DNA from: an uncultured Gammaproteobacteria bacterium
GTDB lineage: Bacteria > Pseudomonadota > Gammaproteobacteria > Steroidobacterales > Steroidobacteraceae
Length of the DNA: 64,000 nucleotides
Assembly: GCA_963708865.1 (NCBI GenBank)
Contig: CAVPUC010000001.1
Location: 149,995 to 213,994 of the forward strand
Direction: 5' to 3'
Under the pieces are notes generated by a model. That model saw only the letters and a program-made list of their open reading frames with translations. It was not told the DNA's origin and ran no database searches. Shown here in pieces: positions 9,986 through 20,062 of the stretch; position 1 is the stretch's first letter, and each line of letters begins with the position of its first letter. The translations under genes and the position numbers were made by a program.

Positions 9986-12169
9986 TTACTGGTGTAGTGC
10001 CGGCGGTGGTGGCGGTGTGGCGGCGGGAGTCCCGGTGGCCGCAGGCGGCGGCCCGCCCGGCCCGCCGCGTCCACCCGGACCGCCCGGTGCGGCCGCGGGA
10101 GCGGGCGGCGCATTCTTCGCCTCATTCGACAGGCTCACGACGTAGGAGCGGATCGCTTCGGCGTCCTGCGGCGTGATCACCTTGGCGAAGGAGACCATGC
10201 CGTTTTCCTGGAGCGCCCCGTCGAGCACGATGGCCTTGAAGGCATCGGGGCTCCACAGTGCACCGGCGTAGCGCAGATCCGGGAACAGACTGCTCACCGC
10301 CCGGCCACCCGGGGCGTTGTTGCCATGGCAGCCCGCGCAGTGCGCCGTGTATTGGGCCTCTCCCTGCTCATGCTGGCTGGCAGTGCCGAAATCCGGCGGT
10401 GGATTGAGCGGCGGCGGTGTGAAGGCCACTTTCTCCGGCAGCTGCGTCGCGCCACCGAGCGTGAACACCACCAGGCGGGCGTAGTTCGGCGCCCAGTAGC
10501 CACCGCCGAATCCGGACTGTCCTGCGGCGACCACGGCCACGTACTGCTGGCCATCGATCGCATAGCTCGCCGGACCACCCGTGATGCCGGCCTGCGTGTC
10601 AAACGACCAGACCTTCTCGCCGGTATCCGCCCGGTAGGCGTTGAAGTTGTGCTGCGCATTGCCCTGGAACACGAGGTTGCCGGCGGTCACCATGGTGCCC
10701 GCGCGGCCGGTGCCTTCGGTCTGGATCCAGGCGGCCTTCTGTTTGACCGGATCCCAGGCCGACAGATAGGAGCGCGGACCCTGAAGCGTCGGTGCGGTGC
10801 CTTCCGGGCGCTTTCTGATATTGATGCCAAGAAGCTGGTTGCCCATCTTCGCACCCAGCTCAGAAACGTACGGATAGCTGCCATAACTGGTCGGCAGGTA
10901 TACGAGTCCCGTGTCCGGACTGAACGACATTGGATTCCACACGTGCGACTGGAAGCCGACCAGGTAGAAGCCCTTGCCGGTCTTGGCGTAGTTGGCATCG
11001 GGATTCAGGATCGGCCGCCCGTTCGCATCGAACCCGGACATCCAGTTGACCGTTGGCACGAAGTTCTTGCCGGAGATGAACTTGCCGGTCTTGGCGTCGA
11101 GCACATAGAAGATGCCGTTCTTGGGCGCATGCATCACCACGTGCCGCTTCTCGCCATTGATGACGAGGTCTGCGGTGGTGATCTGCGCCGTGCTGTCGAA
11201 GTCGAAGCTCTCGGCCGGCGTCTCCTGGTAATGCCAGACGTACTTGCCGGTCTTGGCATTGATCGCAATGACCGAAGCGGTGAAGAGGTTGTCACCGCTG
11301 CCCGGGGAGCGATCCTCCGAGGGCCAGGGGGCACCATTGCCGGTGCCGATGTACACGTAGCCGGTAGTCGGATCATAGGTGATGCCATCCCAGGGCGTAC
11401 CGCCGCCACCGGTCTTCCACCACTCCCCGCCCCAGGTCTTCGCCGCCATGGCGAGCTCGGGCTGTTCGAAGCCCTTCGAGGGGTCCCCGGGAACGGACCA
11501 CCAGCGCCACAGTTCCTTGCCCGTATCGGCGCTATAGCACGCGAGGTAGCCACGCTCCTCGAACTCCGAACCCGCCTCGCCGATGAAGATGCGGCCATCG
11601 GCGATGCGCGGCGCACCGGTGATGGACAACCACTTCTTCGGATCGGTCGCCTGAATTTCCCAGACCTTGCTGCCGGTCCGGGCGTCCACGGCGATCAGGC
11701 GGCCATCGAGCGTGCCCCAGATGACCTTGCCTTTCCAGACCGCAACGCCGCGGTTGACGATGCCGCAGCACAGCTTCACGGCAAATTCACCGGGAACGTG
11801 TGGGTCGTACTTCCACAGCCGCTTGCCGCTCTTGGCATCGAAGGCGTAGACCTTGCTCCACGGCGAGGTCACGAAGATGCGGCCGTCGGTGACCACCGGC
11901 GTGGTCTCGTAGCTGCCGCCGCGCTCGGCAAGATCTCCATACCAGGCGAGGCCCAATTTGCTGACGTTACTCACATCGATCTGCTTCAGGGGGCTGAAGC
12001 GCTGCTCGCTATAATCGCGACCATAGGAGGGCCACTCGCCGGCGTTCTGCGGCAGATCGGCTGGGTCGCCCGCCCCGCCACCGCCGCCACTTGGCGTGTC
12101 GACGCAGGCGACTAGACAGGCGGCTGCGACCAACGCGGCGGACAGGATGGAAATGATCGGATTACGCAT
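9986..12169 (-). CDS. PQQ-dependent quinohaemoprotein alcohol dehydrogenase (lipoprotein form)
   Basis: Start set at ATG 12169 (MRNPIISILSAALVAAACLVAC lipobox) inside the 1000-aa ORF. Features: eight-bladed PQQ propeller, vicinal Cys-Cys (KLCCGIVNRG), a C-terminal c-type haem site (CAGCHG), and a Pro/Gly-rich tail. Confidence 0.9.
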   Translation of the reverse strand: MRNPIISILSAALVAAACLVACVDTPSGGGGGAGDPADLPQNAGEWPSYGRDYSEQRFSPLKQIDVSNVSKLGLAWYGDLAERGGSYETTPVVTDGRIFVTSPWSKVYAFDAKSGKRLWKYDPHVPGEFAVKLCCGIVNRGVAVWKGKVIWGTLDGRLIAVDARTGSKVWEIQATDPKKWLSITGAPRIADGRIFIGEAGSEFEERGYLACYSADTGKELWRWWSVPGDPSKGFEQPELAMAAKTWGGEWWKTGGGGTPWDGITYDPTTGYVYIGTGNGAPWPSEDRSPGSGDNLFTASVIAINAKTGKYVWHYQETPAESFDFDSTAQITTADLVINGEKRHVVMHAPKNGIFYVLDAKTGKFISGKNFVPTVNWMSGFDANGRPILNPDANYAKTGKGFYLVGFQSHVWNPMSFSPDTGLVYLPTSYGSYPYVSELGAKMGNQLLGINIRKRPEGTAPTLQGPRSYLSAWDPVKQKAAWIQTEGTGRAGTMVTAGNLVFQGNAQHNFNAYRADTGEKVWSFDTQAGITGGPASYAIDGQQYVAVVAAGQSGFGGGYWAPNYARLVVFTLGGATQLPEKVAFTPPPLNPPPDFGTASQHEQGEAQYTAHCAGCHGNNAPGGRAVSSLFPDLRYAGALWSPDAFKAIVLDGALQENGMVSFAKVITPQDAEAIRSYVVSLSNEAKNAPPAPAAAPGGPGGRGGPGGPPPAATGTPAATPPPPPALHQ

Positions 12170-12376
12170 AGTCAGGACCCCCAGCGCGCTCGGCGCGTCT
12201 TCGTCGGCGCATTGTACAGGGGGCGCCGTGAGGGGCGCAGGAATAGCTCTGTTGAGCACCCGTAGCCTAGTCAACGACTCCGGACGGCCCCGGGGTGCAA
12301 CCGCTTGCCCCCCGGACGCCCCGGTGCCCGTTGCCAGCGGCCAAGCCAGACGCCCTGACCGGGCGCGGGCGTCAAA

Positions 12377-12892
12377 GTGAACAGCCGGGGCGGCTCTATT
12401 GTTGTCATGGGCGTGACGGGCAGCGGCAAATCGACGCTCGGTCAGGCGCTGGCGCAGGCCCTCGACTGGCCGTTCATCGAAGGCGACACGCTGCATCCCG
12501 CGTCCAACATTGCCAAGATGGCGGCCGGCAAGGCGCTGGATGATGTGGATCGAACCCCGTTTCTGGAGAATGTCGCGCACGCCCTCGCGAGCGCGCCACG
12601 GCCACTGGTGATCTCCTGCTCGGCCCTCAAGCGCTCCTACCGTGATCTGCTGCGGGCTGCGGATCCGCAGCTGCTCTTCGTGCATCCGGTCCTGTCCCGC
12701 GAGCAACTTCAGGTGCGCCTGCGAGGGCGCCGCAACCACTTCATGCCGGCGGCGCTGCTTACGAGCCAACTCGCGGATCTTGAGCCGCCTCAACCGGATG
12801 AGCGGTTCATCGAGATTGACGGCAACGAACCTCTCGACCGCCAAGTGGCCCGCACGCTTGCCAGAGTGAAAACCCAGCGCCAGACGGTATGA
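12377..12892 (+). CDS. gntK: Gluconokinase
   Basis: 171 aa with a P-loop (GVTGSGKST) and GntK/IdnK-type motifs (FIEGDTLHP, ISCSALKRSYRD). GTG start. Confidence 0.85.
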   Translation: MNSRGGSIVVMGVTGSGKSTLGQALAQALDWPFIEGDTLHPASNIAKMAAGKALDDVDRTPFLENVAHALASAPRPLVISCSALKRSYRDLLRAADPQLLFVHPVLSREQLQVRLRGRRNHFMPAALLTSQLADLEPPQPDERFIEIDGNEPLDRQVARTLARVKTQRQTV

Positions 12893-12929
12893 TGCCGCGG
12901 CGGGTTCACTACATCGAAAAGGGCACCCC

Positions 12930-14492
12930 TTGGACGCACCACATACTCCCCCCTCCGCCGCCACGTTGGACAAGGCGCTCAAGGCCATGACCGCTGTCGT
13001 GGGCAGCGCCGCCGCTTTCGCGACTGAAGAGGACCGCGACGCCTACAGCGACCACTTTCCCATCGAGCCGCACCGGCACCGACCCTTTGCCGCGGTCGCG
13101 CCGACCTCCGCCGAACAGGTTCAGGCACTGGTGAAGATTGCCGTTGCCCACCGCGTACCGATCTGGACGGTGAGCCGCGGCAAGAACTTGGGCTATGGCA
13201 CCGCAGCGCCGGTCGTCGCCGGCTCCATCATTCTCGACCTCTCGCGCATGCAGAAGATCGAGGTCGATCTTGAGAACGCCACCGTGTTGCTGGAACCTGG
13301 CGTTGGCTTCTTCGACCTGTACGATTATCTGCAGACCCGCAATATTCCGCTGTGGCTGTCCGTCCCGGGCAACAGCTGGGGTTCGGTGATCGGCAACGCC
13401 CTGGACCGGGGCCTGGGATACACCCCCTACGGCGAGCACACCCGCAACCTCTGCGGCATGGAGGTGGTGCTGCCGGACGGGGACATGGTGCGCACCGGCA
13501 TGGGCGCGATGCCCAATGCCCCGACATGGCAGCTGCACAAGTACGGTTACGGCCCGGCCTGGGATCAGCTGTTCGTGCAGTCGAATTTCGGCATCGTGAC
13601 CAAGGCCGGCATGTGGCTGATGCCGCAGCCGCAAATCGTGCGCGGTTTCGATGTCGAGATGGATCGCATGGAGGATCTGGGTCCCCTGATCGACACCATC
13701 GGCCCGCTGCGCCGCGAGGGCGTACTGCTGCAGTCACCGACCATCGGCAACTGGTTCCGGGCCGCCAACATTCTGACGACGCGCAAGCAATGGACCGATA
13801 AGCCCGGATCCTTATCCGATGAGGTGATCGCCGCCATCCGCAAGCAGTTCGGTTTGGGGTGGTGGGGTGTGAGCCTGCGGGTCTACGGGCGCGAGACCGT
13901 GGTCCAGGCCAACATGGACATTCTGGAAAAGGCGCTGACCGCCATCAAACCGATGAGCATGAAGCCGTTCAGCTGGCGCCCCGGAGAGCCGTTCTCACCG
14001 ACCCAGGGCGGCTGGATGGGCGTACCGATGACCTTCCCCCTGCAAAGCGCGGGCTGGTTTGGGGGCCGCGGTGGGCACATCGGCTTCTCCCCCGTGCTGA
14101 CCCAATCCGGGAAACTCGCCATGGAGCAGTTCAACCGCACCTACGCACGCTACAAGGAGTTCGGCATGGACTACCAGGCAAGCTTCGCGTTCGGCGAACG
14201 GCACATGCTGAATGTCAATGCCGTGCTGCTGAACCTCGATGACCCGCAGTTCATGAAGCGCGTCGATCCGTTCCTGCGCACCTTGATCGCCGATGCCCGC
14301 CAGCACGGCTATGGCGAGTACCGCGCGCACATTGACTACATGGATACCGTCGCGGATACCTACGACTACAACCATCACGCCCTGCGCCGCCTGAACGAGC
14401 GGGTTAAGAATGCGCTGGATCCTGCCGGCATCCTGGCCCCTGGAAAAAGCGGCATCTGGCCGGCCGGCTACCAGCGGGAGGCCAAAGCATGA
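12930..14492 (+). CDS. FAD-linked oxidase of the vanillyl-alcohol oxidase / p-cresol methylhydroxylase family (PchF-like flavoprotein subunit)
   Basis: 520 aa. Close motif-level resemblance to PchF (IWTVSRGKNLGYG, GYTPYGEH, MEVVLPDGDMVRTGMG, ILAPGKSGI). TTG start as in the ORF track. The stop overlaps the cytochrome c gene. Confidence 0.85.
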   Translation: MDAPHTPPSAATLDKALKAMTAVVGSAAAFATEEDRDAYSDHFPIEPHRHRPFAAVAPTSAEQVQALVKIAVAHRVPIWTVSRGKNLGYGTAAPVVAGSIILDLSRMQKIEVDLENATVLLEPGVGFFDLYDYLQTRNIPLWLSVPGNSWGSVIGNALDRGLGYTPYGEHTRNLCGMEVVLPDGDMVRTGMGAMPNAPTWQLHKYGYGPAWDQLFVQSNFGIVTKAGMWLMPQPQIVRGFDVEMDRMEDLGPLIDTIGPLRREGVLLQSPTIGNWFRAANILTTRKQWTDKPGSLSDEVIAAIRKQFGLGWWGVSLRVYGRETVVQANMDILEKALTAIKPMSMKPFSWRPGEPFSPTQGGWMGVPMTFPLQSAGWFGGRGGHIGFSPVLTQSGKLAMEQFNRTYARYKEFGMDYQASFAFGERHMLNVNAVLLNLDDPQFMKRVDPFLRTLIADARQHGYGEYRAHIDYMDTVADTYDYNHHALRRLNERVKNALDPAGILAPGKSGIWPAGYQREAKA

Positions 14493-14803
14493 GGCATTGG
14501 CTGCTGATCGGTATTTCGTCCCTGCTGCCGCTCGCCGCCCAGGCGGCCGAGCTCGACGGCAAGCAGCTGTTCCATCAGAAATGCGCCATGTGTCATGGGG
14601 CGGTCGGCATGGGCACGGGCCTTTTGGCGCGGCGCATGAAACCGGAAGTGGCGCCGCTGGAAATGCGCGAGGATCTCTCGGCCGCCTATGTCGAGCGCGC
14701 CGCGCGGATCGGGATCCTCAACATGCCGCCGATCACGCGCGGTGATGTCAGCGATGCGCAGCTCGCGAGCATCTCGCGGTACCTGGCAAAGGGTAAGCCC
14801 TAA
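14489..14803 (+). CDS. Class I cytochrome c (PchC-like partner subunit)
   Basis: 104 aa with a signal peptide and a single CAMCHG haem-binding motif. ATGA-type overlap with the flavoprotein gene. Confidence 0.8.
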   Translation: MRHWLLIGISSLLPLAAQAAELDGKQLFHQKCAMCHGAVGMGTGLLARRMKPEVAPLEMREDLSAAYVERAARIGILNMPPITRGDVSDAQLASISRYLAKGKP

Positions 14804-15624
14804 TAGATCAGGCGGTCGGGTCGGATGTCACGCAGGATGGTCGTGGCAATCTCTTCGATTGACTTGTGGGTGGAGGACAGCCACGCGATGCCCTCCCGGC
14901 GCATCATCGATTCGGCGTGACTGACTTCGTAGCGACAATTTTCCAAAGTCGCGTACTTGCTGCCCGGCAGACGCTCATTGCGCACCTGTGACAAGCGTAT
15001 CGGATCGATGGTCAGGCCAAAGCACTTGCGCCGATAGGAGGCGAGACAGGTCGGGAACTGCGCACGCTCAAAGTCATCCGGTATCAAGGGGTAATTGGCG
15101 GCCTTGATGCCGTGCTGCATGGCAAGGTACAGCGAGGTCGGCGTCTTGCCGCTGCGACTCACACCGACCAGCACCACGTCGGCCGCCTTCAGATTCTCGG
15201 CCGACTGACCATCATCATGCGCGAGGGTGAAGTTGATGGCATCGATTCGATTGGTATACGCCTCGCTGGTGCTGACATCGGGCGACCGTCCCACCCGGTG
15301 GTTGCTCTTGCAGCCCAACTCCTCCTCCAGCGGCTCAACGAAGGTGCGGAACATGTCCAGCACCATGCCCTTGCACGGCTCGGAGGTCAGCACATCGCGC
15401 ACATCCTCATCGACCAGCGTCACAAAGATGATCGGGCGCTTGCCCTCGCGTTCGGCGGCCTGATTGATCTCCTTGACGACGCCCCAGGCCTTGTCCACGG
15501 TATCGACGAACGGCCGGCGGATATGCCGGGGATTGCCCGGAAATTGGGCCAGGATTGAATTGCCGAAAGTCTCGGCAGTAATACCGGTGCCATCGGAAAC
15601 AAAAAATACCGTTCTGTTCGGCAT
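14800..15624 (-). CDS. ppsR: Phosphoenolpyruvate synthase regulatory protein (pyruvate, water dikinase kinase/phosphorylase)
   Basis: Start set at ATG 15624 (MPNRTVFFVSDGTGITAETFG...), giving 274 aa of the DUF299/PpsR family. Divergent from ppsA, as in other Proteobacteria. Confidence 0.9.
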   Translation of the reverse strand: MPNRTVFFVSDGTGITAETFGNSILAQFPGNPRHIRRPFVDTVDKAWGVVKEINQAAEREGKRPIIFVTLVDEDVRDVLTSEPCKGMVLDMFRTFVEPLEEELGCKSNHRVGRSPDVSTSEAYTNRIDAINFTLAHDDGQSAENLKAADVVLVGVSRSGKTPTSLYLAMQHGIKAANYPLIPDDFERAQFPTCLASYRRKCFGLTIDPIRLSQVRNERLPGSKYATLENCRYEVSHAESMMRREGIAWLSSTHKSIEEIATTILRDIRPDRLIY

Positions 15625-15687
15625 CGGACGATAATAATGTGAACCGGGCCCGCCGGCCCGTTTTTTGATAGTTCTGGAGCTGATTTT

Positions 15688-18085
15688 ATGCCCACTGCGT
15701 CCGCCGCGGACTTGCTGGTCGTTCCGTTCCGCCAACTTCGGATGACGGATGTTGATTCGGTGGGCGGCAAGAATGCCTCTCTCGGCGAGATGATCAGCCA
15801 GCTGGCCACGGTGGGGGTGCGGGTTCCGGATGGATTTGCGACCACCGCGCACGCGTTCCGCCAATTTTTGCAGCACAACGGCCTTGCCGGACGCATCGCA
15901 GAGCGGCTTGCCTCATTGAACACCGAGGACGTGCGGGCGCTGGCGAACGCCGGTGAGCAGATCCGCCAGTGGATTGTGGAAACGCCGTTTCCGGCGGCTA
16001 CTCGAAGCGGCCGTTCGCAGCCACTTCGAGGGACTGGTAGCGGGGAACCCGCAAGCAAGCTTCGCGGTGCGCTCCTCGGCCACCGCGGAGGATCTCCCCG
16101 ATGCGTCCTTTGCCGGCCAGCAGGAGACGTTCCTCAACGTGCAGGGCATCGACCAGGTGCTGCACAAGATCAAGGAAGTCTTCGCATCGCTCTATAACGA
16201 CCGCGCCATCAGCTATCGAGTGCACAAGGGCTTCGCCCATGCGGAGGTCGCCCTGTCCGCGGGGGTTCAGTACATGGTGCGCTCGGACTTGGGCGCCGCC
16301 GGGGTCATGTTCACCCTCGACACCGAGTCGGGTTTTCCGGATGTCGTATTCATCACTTCAAGCTATGGACTTGGCGAACTGGTGGTCCAGGGCGCCGTCA
16401 ACCCCGATGAGTTCTATGTCCACAAGGCCATGCTCAAGGCGGGGAAATTTGCCGTCATCCGCCGCAGCCTAGGATCGAAGCTGCAGCGCATGAGTTTCGC
16501 GGCGCCCGCGGAGCGCGCCAGGACCGGAGCGCTCGTGACCACCACCGAGACGCCGCTGGCCGAGCGCAACCAATTTTCACTGACCGACCCCGACGTTCTC
16601 GAGTTGGCGCGCTACGCGGTGCTGATTGAACAGCACTACGGCCGCCCCATGGACATCGAATGGGGCAAGGACGGCAGCGATGATCGTCTCTATATCCTGC
16701 AGGCCCGTCCCGAGACCGTGAAAAGTCAGGCCGGCAACCAGATCGAATTGCGCTACAAACTGAAGGACACCGGTGCGGTGCTTGCCGAGGGCCGCGCCAT
16801 TGGCCAGAAGATCGGCAGCGGGCCGGCGCGTCTGGTCAAGGGCATCGCCGACATGGATCGCGTCCAGGCCGGTGACGTGCTGGTGACGGACATGACCGAT
16901 CCGAACTGGGAGCCGGTCATGAAACGCGCCAGCGCCATCGTCACCAACCGGGGTGGCCGAACCTGTCACGCCGCCATTATCGCGCGCGAGCTGGGTATTC
17001 CCGCGGTGGTGGGTTGTGGCGATGCGACGCGCCGCATTGACGAAGGGACCATGGTCACGGTGGTGTGTTCCGAAGGCGATACAGGCCACGTGTACGAGGG
17101 CCGCCTCGCGACTGAAGTCAGCGAAGTGCGCCGGGGGGAGATGCCCCCCTGCCGCGTCAAGATCATGATGAATGTCGGCAATCCACAGCTGGCTTTCGAC
17201 TTTGCGCAGATGCCCAACGCCGGCGTCGGTCTCGCGCGACTCGAATTCATCATCAACAACAACATCGGCGTGCATCCGCGTGCCATCCTGGATTACCCGC
17301 GGATCGCCGCGGACCTCAAGGCTGCGGTCGACTCCCTGGCGCGCGGCTATCCCAGTCCGCGCGCCTTCTACCAGGACAAGCTCGCCGAGGGCATTGCGAC
17401 CATTGCCGCAAGCTTCTGGCCGAAGCCCGTGATCGTGCGCCTGTCGGACTTCAAGTCCAACGAGTATCGCAAGCTGATCGGCGGAACTCGCTACGAGCCG
17501 GAAGAGGAGAATCCGATGCTCGGCTTCCGCGGCGTCAGCCGCTACATCAGCAGCGACTTTGGCGAGGCCTTCGGCATGGAATGCGAAGCGCTCAAGCGCG
17601 TGCGGATGGAAATGGGCCTCACCAACGTACAGATCATGGTGCCTTTCGTGCGTACGCTCAGTCAGGCGCGTACCGTCACGCAGATGCTGGCCGATCACGG
17701 CCTGGTGCGCGGCAAGGATGAACTGAAGATCATCATGATGTGCGAGGTGCCGAGCAATGCCGTGCTCGCCGAGGAGTTTCTGGAATTCTTCGACGGCATG
17801 TCGATCGGCTCCAACGATCTCACGCAGCTCACGCTGGGTCTGGATCGGGATTCGGGCATGCCGCAGCTGGTCGCGGACTTCGATGAACGTGATCCGGCCG
17901 TCAAGACGCTCATCTCACACGCGATCAAGGCCTGCCGGGCTGCGAACAAGTACATCGGTATCTGCGGCCAGGGTCCCAGCGACCATCCCGACTTCGCCTC
18001 GTGGCTCGCCGATGAAGGCATCGCGTCGATTTCCCTGAACCCCGATTCCGTCATCGCGACCTGGAAGTTGTTGGCGGTCCCGTAG
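15688..18085 (+). pseudogene. ppsA: Phosphoenolpyruvate synthase, reading frame broken by one extra nucleotide near 15997
   Basis: ORFs 15688..16197 (frame 1) and 15953..18085 (frame 2) together make a full-length PpsA. The sequence ...[12 protein letters not shown] continues as [12 protein letters not shown]...[31 protein letters not shown] once nt 15997 is skipped. Confidence 0.9.
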
Positions 18086-18318
18086 ACCCGCATCGGCCCC
18101 CAACGTCGCTGGCCATGCGCCGCGTTTTCCCAGCGGCCCGCCCCTCGCCCAGAGCGCTGATCACGAACTACGCCGTGGCTGGAAGTAACACCGGGGACTG
18201 CGCAAGACCGATGACTATTTCATAAAGCTCTACAGTCATCTTAGTGCAACAGGGCCGTCTTACCTTGCGATGCCGAGGCGCTGACCAATGGCGCGATTCG
18301 TAATCGAAGGGGACAGCC

Positions 18319-20007
18319 ATGACCATTCGTTTTTCCGTTGGCAGCGCCGTGTCGTTGCTGATCGGCGGCAGCGTAGCCGCCTTCGCCTTCACCGGCACCG
18401 CTTCAGCCGACGACTCACTCCTTAAGCCGGGCTCGCTGGTCATCAGCAGCAGCGACTACGTTAACTGGCAAGGCGCGGTGGCCAGGCTAAATCCCACGGG
18501 CCCCAATCCGACGCAGCTGGCCAACACCGACACGGCCACTGTCTCCGCGGTGTCCGACGGCAACTACGTCACCGTGTGGAGCAACGAGGTTCCTGATGCC
18601 AGCTTCGGTGTGACATCACCCATCACCCTCACGGCCATCGAGCCGTACAGTGGCCGCGAGCTGGGCCGCTTGGCCGTGCCGCAGCAGCAGGTCGTGACCA
18701 GCTTCTCATCGAAATCGGAACTGGCGCTGCATTACACGCGCGATTGGCATGGTGGCCATCTGGTGTTCAGCGCCTATGCCGGCGCTGGTGTGGGCGCGCT
18801 CGACGTTTCCAACGCGGATGCGGTTGCGGGCCAGGATCCGACCAACCCGGTGAGTTTCGCCTTCGGCAGCAACTACGCCTTCCACCGCACCATCGTCGAC
18901 CTCGGCGATGACGGACGCCTCTCCTATACCCCGACGGAAAACTACGGTGGCAACAACGGCCGCGCGGCCCTGCTGGCCACCAACGGCCTGTACTACACCG
19001 TGGGCAACAGCAACAACGGCAATGCCGCGACCTTTGGTTCTGCAAGCAACGGCACCAATCCTGATGTAACCCAGACCACGGGCGTCGAGGCGGTCACGCC
19101 GATCAATGGCTGGTCGGTGATTGTGGCCCCGGCGATCCCGGCAGTCGCCGCCCTGGCGGGTCATACCCCCGGCTCTGCCGAGGTCAATCCGCTGCTGCAG
19201 TACGGCCTGGGTAAGAAAGGTGCGGACGACAAGCCCGGCAAGGACAACAACTTCCGCGGCATTACCGAGTACAACGGCGCGCTGTACTTCACCAAGGGCA
19301 GTGGCAGCAACGGCGTGGACACGGTTTACACCGTGGTCAATGACGCGCCGCAGTCGCCCGCTGGCTTCGTACCGACGGCCGACACCGGACCCGCGGCGGG
19401 CAACGTGCTCCCGACAATCGAGAATGCGGCCCAGCAGACCATCCAGATCGTCAACGGCTTCCCGACCGATTCGGCGCGCTCGACTGGCGGAAACTTCACG
19501 CCGTTCGCGATCTTCTTCGCCAACCCGACGACGATGTACGTGACCGATGAGGGCACGGGCGACGCCACCGACGTCGCCACCAACGCGGGCCTGGAAAAAT
19601 GGGTGCTGAATACCGCAACCGGCAGCTGGTCCCTGGCGTACACCCTGCAGTCCGGCCTGATCGGCCAGAGCTACGGCCCGCTGGCCGGCCGCGACGGCGC
19701 CTGGCCTGCGGTGACCACCGTCGGTCTGCGAAACCTGGCTGGCCGCGTCAACAAGAATGGTACCGTGACGCTGTGGGCGGCGACCTCGACGACCGATACC
19801 AATGCCGCCAACACGGACGTTGGTGCAGACCCGAACGAAGTGGTGGAGATCACCGATGCGGTCGCGGCCACGGCCTTGCCCGCCGGCGAGAGCTTCCGCG
19901 TGGTTGCCCGCCCGGTATACGGGGTGGTGTACCGCGGTGTCGCGTACGTCCCTGACGACGATCACGGTCGGGGTGACGATCACAATCGGGGCGATTTCGG
20001 CCACTGA
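18319..20007 (+). CDS. Secreted protein of unknown function (Gly/Asn/Thr-rich, beta-propeller-like composition)
   Basis: 562-aa ORF with an RBS (GAAGGGGA) before the ATG and a signal peptide (LLIGGSVAAFAFTGTASA). I recognise no family motif. The tail is acidic and His-rich (DDDHGRGDDHNRGDFGH). A strong terminator follows. Confidence 0.6.
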   Translation: MTIRFSVGSAVSLLIGGSVAAFAFTGTASADDSLLKPGSLVISSSDYVNWQGAVARLNPTGPNPTQLANTDTATVSAVSDGNYVTVWSNEVPDASFGVTSPITLTAIEPYSGRELGRLAVPQQQVVTSFSSKSELALHYTRDWHGGHLVFSAYAGAGVGALDVSNADAVAGQDPTNPVSFAFGSNYAFHRTIVDLGDDGRLSYTPTENYGGNNGRAALLATNGLYYTVGNSNNGNAATFGSASNGTNPDVTQTTGVEAVTPINGWSVIVAPAIPAVAALAGHTPGSAEVNPLLQYGLGKKGADDKPGKDNNFRGITEYNGALYFTKGSGSNGVDTVYTVVNDAPQSPAGFVPTADTGPAAGNVLPTIENAAQQTIQIVNGFPTDSARSTGGNFTPFAIFFANPTTMYVTDEGTGDATDVATNAGLEKWVLNTATGSWSLAYTLQSGLIGQSYGPLAGRDGAWPAVTTVGLRNLAGRVNKNGTVTLWAATSTTDTNAANTDVGADPNEVVEITDAVAATALPAGESFRVVARPVYGVVYRGVAYVPDDDHGRGDDHNRGDFGH

Positions 20008-20035
20008 TCCTCGCACTTGCGTTGCCGCTCAGGAC

Positions 20036-20062
20036 GGGCGCGGAGCAATCCGCGCCCTTTTT
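20036..20062 (+). terminator. Rho-independent terminator
   Basis: A 9-bp GC stem (GGGCGCGGA / TCCGCGCCC) with a GCAA loop, followed by TTTTT, 29 nt after the stop at 20007. Confidence 0.75.

Noticed and set aside
9986-12988. 1000-aa ORF extending the PQQ dehydrogenase 273 codons upstream
   Set aside because: The extension has no protein-like features, overlaps gntK on the other strand, and precedes a perfect lipoprotein signal at ATG 12169. It is an open-frame artefact of high GC content.
14800-15876. 358-aa ORF extending ppsR upstream over the ppsR-ppsA intergenic region and the ppsA start
   Set aside because: PpsR family proteins are about 270 aa. ATG 15624 gives the canonical N-terminus (MPNRTVFFVSDGTGITAE), and the extension overlaps the ppsA start on the other strand.
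18706-20016. Long antisense ORFs: 18706..20016(-), 10325..12115(+), 16577..17698(-), 37899..39923(-), 44866..45906(+), 48181..49191(-), 49751..51463(-), 58544..59662(-), 60760..62139(-)
   Set aside because: Each lies opposite a gene with strong family motifs. Their translations are Arg/Gly/Ala/His-rich with no recognisable motifs, as expected for stop-poor antisense frames in GC-rich DNA.
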